A stretch of DNA of 64,000 nucleotides from Mycolicibacterium sp. (lineage in GTDB: Bacteria; Actinomycetota; Actinomycetes; Mycobacteriales; Mycobacteriaceae), in the NCBI RefSeq assembly GCF_020637165.1, contig NZ_JACJWN010000007.1; one strand, given 5' to 3'. Shown here piece after piece: positions 60,356 through 64,000 of the stretch. Positions within the stretch are counted from its first letter, which is position 1; every line of letters begins with the position of its first letter. A program made the position numbers and the translations under genes. The notes under the pieces are model-generated. The model searched no databases. It saw nothing but the letters and a program-made list of their open reading frames with translations, and had not been told where the DNA came from.

Positions 60356-63300
60356 ATGCGAACTGTTCGTCGGGGATCCACAGTCCCCCCTGCAGATCGT
60401 GCGGGTCAGCTACATCGACGCGACGGCCCCTACGTCCGTGCGGGTCGAAGGCGACGGCCTGAGCACACCCGAGCCGGCGACCGCCGCGACGGGTGAGGGC
60501 AGCGTCGAGGTGGCGGTGCGCGTCGAGAGGCCGGTGCCGGGGCAGCGGCGGGCCGCGCGGGTGGTCGCCGACGGAACCTCGACTCCGTTCGAGTTCATCG
60601 TCGCCGAGCCCGGCTGGACGATGTACATGATCAGCCACTTCCACTACGACCCGGTGTGGTGGAACACCCAGGGCGCCTACACCAGCGTGTGGACCGAGGA
60701 CCCGCCCGGGGCGGCCAAGCAGAACAATGCCTTCGCGCTGGTGGCCGCCCACTTGGAGATGGCCCGCCGCGACCCGGACTACAAGTTCGTCCTCGCCGAG
60801 GTCGACTACCTCAAGCCCTACTTCGACACCCACCCGCAGGACCGCGCCGACCTGCTGCGATTCATCGCCGACCGGCGGGTGGAGGTGATGGGCGGCACCT
60901 ACAACGAGCCCAACACCAACCTCACCGGGCCGGAGACCTCCATCCGCAACTTCGTCCACGGGATCGGTTTTCAGCGTGACGTGCTCGGCGCGTCGCCGGC
61001 CACGGCCTGGCAGCTCGACGTGTTCGGCCACGACCCGCAGTTCCCCGGCATGGCGGCCGACGCCGGACTGACGTCCTCGTCGTGGGCGCGCGGGCCGCAC
61101 CATCAGTGGGGGCCCATGGCGGGCGCGGGGGATCCGCGGCGCATGCAGTTCCGCAGCGAGTTCGAGTGGATCGCCCCCTCGGGCCTGGGCCTGCTGACCC
61201 ACTACATGCCGGCGCACTATTCGGCCGGTTGGTGGATGGACTCCGCCACGTTGCTGGCCGAGGCCGAGGAGGCCACCTACAAGTTGTTCAGCGGGCTGAA
61301 GTCCGTCGCGCTGACTCGCAACGTGCTGCTGCCGGTGGGCACCGACTACACCCCGCCGAACACCTGGGTGACAGAGATCCACCGCGACTGGAACGCCCGC
61401 TACTGCTGGCCGCGGTTCGTCTGCGCGGTGCCCAGTGAGTTCTTCGACGCGGTCCGCGCCGAAGGTGTGCATCCTTCGCCGCAGACCCGCGACATGAATC
61501 CGATCTACACCGGCAAGGACGTGTCCTACATCGACACCAAACAGGCCAACCGGGCCGCCGAGGACGCGGTGCTGGGCGCCGAACGGTTCTGTGTGTTCGC
61601 CGCTCTGCTGTCCGGGGCCCGCTACCCCGAAGCCGCGCAGGCCAAGGCCTGGGTGCAGCTGGCCTGGGGGGCGCATCACGACGCCATCACCGGCAGCGAA
61701 TCCGATCAGGTGTACCTCGACCTGCTCACCGGCTGGCGCGACGCCTGGGAGTTGGGGCGCACCGCACGGCACCGTGCGCTGGAGGTACTGTCGGCCGCGG
61801 TGTGCGCGGATTTGCCCTCGGTGGTGGTCTGGAACCCGTTGGCGCACAACCGAACCGATATCGTCACCGTGCGGATGGACTCTCCGGTGGGGGGCCCGTT
61901 CCGGGTGCTCGACGCCGACGGCGTCTCGGTTCCCGCGTTAGTCGAGGACGACGGGCACTCGGTGAGCTGGCGCGCCTCGGGGGTCGGGTCGCTGGGCTGG
62001 CGCACCTACCGGCTTCTATCGGGCAGTGACCCGTCGGGATGGGAGCCCGTCGACGGGGTGGAGATCGCCAACGAGTTCCACCGGTTGCGCGTCGATCCGG
62101 CCCGCGGTGGCGGGGTGGTCTCGCTGGTCGAGGCGGCCTCGGGCCGCGAACTGATCGGCCCCGGTTCGGTGGGCAACGAACTGGCCGTCTACGAGGAATA
62201 CCCGGCCCACCCCGACGCCGGGGAGGGCCCCTGGCACCTGCTGCCCAAAGGCCCGGTGGAGTGTTCCTCGGCCTCCGCGGCGACAGTGCGCGCCTACCGC
62301 AGTCCACTCGGGCAGCGACTGGTGATCAGCGGTGCGATCGGCTCGGTGCTCCGCTACACCCAGACCCTGACCTTGTGGGACGGGATCGACCGGGTGGACT
62401 GCCGCACCACCATCGACGAGTTCACCGGCGCCGACCGGCTGGTGCGGCTGCGCTGGCCCTGCCCGGTGCCCGGTGCTTTGCCGGTCAGCGAGGTGGGCGA
62501 CGCGGTGGTGGGCCGCGGCTTCGGGCTGTTCCACGACCACTCCGGCGACCATGCCGTCGACTCCGCGCACCACCCCTGGACGCTGGACAACCCGGCCCAC
62601 GGCTGGTTCGGGCTGTCCTCCTGTTTGCGGATCCGGGTCGGCGAGCAGACCCGGGCGGTGTCGGTCGCCGAGGTCGTCGCTTCCTCCGAGGAGTCCGCGC
62701 CCGACGCCCGCGACCTCATGGTGGCACTGGTGCGCGCCGGGGTGACCGCCACCTGCAGCACCGCCACCCACACCCGCTACGGACACCTCGACGTGGACTC
62801 CAACCTCCCCGACACCCGCATCGCCCTCGGCGGCCCGGACGAGAACCCGTTCACCGCCGCGGTGCTGGCCGCCGCCGACCCGTCGTACGCCGCCGAGGTG
62901 ACACGCCAACTCGCCGACGGCACCGCCCGGGTGTTCGTCCCCGCCTCCGCTCCGTTGGACGCGGTGTGGCGGCCGGACGCCGACCTGCGCGGTGTGTTGG
63001 CGCTGCCGGTCCTCATCGTCGCCGGCGAGGGCGCCATGGAGACGCTGGTGGCGGATCTGGCCGACGCGCAGATCCTCGTCGCCCAGGACGTTCCCGCCGG
63101 GTGCGGAGGCTTCGAGGAGCGCACCGTCGCACTGATCAACCGCGGCGTCCCGGGCTTCGCTGTTGAGTCCGACGGCACCCTGCACACCTCGCTCATGCGG
63201 TCCTGCACGGGCTGGCCGTCGGGAACCTGGATCGACCCGCCGGCCCGCAAGACCCCCGACGGCTCCAACTTCCAGCTCCAGCACTGGAGCCACACCTTCG

Positions 63301-64000
63301 ACTTCGCGCTGGTGTCCGGGCCGGGGGACTGGCGTGATGTCGACGTGGCCTCGCGCAGCGCCGAATTCAACCACCCCATGGTGTGCGTGGCGGTCGATCA
63401 GGGCAGCGCGGGGCTGCCGGTGGACGGCTCGCTGCTCACCGTGCATCCGGCGGGGTTGGTCGGCCTCGGTGCGCTCAAACCCCGCGGCAACCCGACGGCG
63501 ACCGGCAGCGCCGCGCAGGTCGACCCCGCCTCGGTCACCCTGCGGTTGGTCGAAACCTGCGGGGCTTCGACGGACGTGGAGATCACCACCCCGGTCGGCA
63601 CGGTGTCCGACGTTGCCGCGGCCGACCTGCTGGAGGCCGGCCGGCCCACCGCGGACCCGCTGCGGCTGCACGGTTACCAGATAGCGACCGTCGCGGCCCG
63701 GCTGGACCTGCCCCCGGTCATCGACGCCACCGGCATGGCCCTCGGCCCCGATGCCGAACCCGCCCAACCCCTCTACGCCCGCTACTGGCTGCACAACCGC
63801 GGCCCGGCACCGCTGGGCGGGCTGCCCGCCGTCGCCCACCTGCACCCCGGGGCCGTTGCCGCCCACCCCGGCGAGCCGGTGCGGCTGCGGCTGACGTTGG
63901 CCAGCGACTGCAGCGACGCCACCCTCACCGGTTCGGTGACCCTGCGTCACCCTGTCGGCTGGGATCAGGATTCCGCCACCCGCATGTGGGCGCCGGGCCG
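60333..64000 (+). CDS. GH38 alpha-mannosidase (Rv0648-like), runs off the window end
   Basis: Missing from the ORF track, presumably because no stop falls in the window; SHFHYDPVWW, WQLDVFGH, VGTDY, HHDAITGS. Confidence 0.9.
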   Translation, partial: MQISAAEACELFVGDPQSPLQIVRVSYIDATAPTSVRVEGDGLSTPEPATAATGEGSVEVAVRVERPVPGQRRAARVVADGTSTPFEFIVAEPGWTMYMISHFHYDPVWWNTQGAYTSVWTEDPPGAAKQNNAFALVAAHLEMARRDPDYKFVLAEVDYLKPYFDTHPQDRADLLRFIADRRVEVMGGTYNEPNTNLTGPETSIRNFVHGIGFQRDVLGASPATAWQLDVFGHDPQFPGMAADAGLTSSSWARGPHHQWGPMAGAGDPRRMQFRSEFEWIAPSGLGLLTHYMPAHYSAGWWMDSATLLAEAEEATYKLFSGLKSVALTRNVLLPVGTDYTPPNTWVTEIHRDWNARYCWPRFVCAVPSEFFDAVRAEGVHPSPQTRDMNPIYTGKDVSYIDTKQANRAAEDAVLGAERFCVFAALLSGARYPEAAQAKAWVQLAWGAHHDAITGSESDQVYLDLLTGWRDAWELGRTARHRALEVLSAAVCADLPSVVVWNPLAHNRTDIVTVRMDSPVGGPFRVLDADGVSVPALVEDDGHSVSWRASGVGSLGWRTYRLLSGSDPSGWEPVDGVEIANEFHRLRVDPARGGGVVSLVEAASGRELIGPGSVGNELAVYEEYPAHPDAGEGPWHLLPKGPVECSSASAATVRAYRSPLGQRLVISGAIGSVLRYTQTLTLWDGIDRVDCRTTIDEFTGADRLVRLRWPCPVPGALPVSEVGDAVVGRGFGLFHDHSGDHAVDSAHHPWTLDNPAHGWFGLSSCLRIRVGEQTRAVSVAEVVASSEESAPDARDLMVALVRAGVTATCSTATHTRYGHLDVDSNLPDTRIALGGPDENPFTAAVLAAADPSYAAEVTRQLADGTARVFVPASAPLDAVWRPDADLRGVLALPVLIVAGEGAMETLVADLADAQILVAQDVPAGCGGFEERTVALINRGVPGFAVESDGTLHTSLMRSCTGWPSGTWIDPPARKTPDGSNFQLQHWSHTFDFALVSGPGDWRDVDVASRSAEFNHPMVCVAVDQGSAGLPVDGSLLTVHPAGLVGLGALKPRGNPTATGSAAQVDPASVTLRLVETCGASTDVEITTPVGTVSDVAAADLLEAGRPTADPLRLHGYQIATVAARLDLPPVIDATGMALGPDAEPAQPLYARYWLHNRGPAPLGGLPAVAHLHPGAVAAHPGEPVRLRLTLASDCSDATLTGSVTLRHPVGWDQDSATRMWAPG

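Noticed and set aside
60279-63950. Long minus-strand ORFs (522 aa, 644 aa) and short plus-strand ORFs
   Set aside because: Shadows of the high-GC GH38 gene, which occupies the plus frame starting at 60333
1-64000. tRNA, rRNA, integrase or phage genes
   Set aside because: None recognised by eye

Overview
Mycobacterial (Mycobacterium/Mycolicibacterium-like) chromosome segment. Positions 1-~54 kb hold a lower-GC Wzx/Wzy-type surface-polysaccharide locus: gmhA, gmhB, three SAM methyltransferases, an SpsF-like cytidylyltransferase / class IV aminotransferase / TIM-barrel epimerase / SDR operon, an acyltransferase, a PIG-L deacetylase, an NDP-sugar dehydrogenase, an O-antigen ligase/polymerase, a sialyltransferase-like GT, Wzx, a WcaJ-like priming transferase, GT4, an ArnT-like GT-C, a PhyH dioxygenase, Wzc and DUF4012. 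The locus is broken up by roughly 30 kb of nested mobile DNA (IS3, IS21, IS256, IS1634, IS110, IS481, two identical group II introns and a fragment of a second intron). Positions ~54.8-64 kb are the conserved mycobacterial block (mycolic acid cyclopropane synthase, LipG-like hydrolase, ABC1 kinase, GH38 alpha-mannosidase), with three toxin-antitoxin pairs (MazEF-, VapBC-, HicAB-like) inserted in it. The most striking signal is the IS110 non-coding left end. It folds into a bridge-RNA-like two-loop structure whose internal guides match the element's own end and the 9-bp motif TGAAYCGCC. That motif flanks three separate IS110 left junctions and looks like an IS3-family terminal inverted repeat. 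All calls are by eye, without database searches; IS labels A-G are mine.
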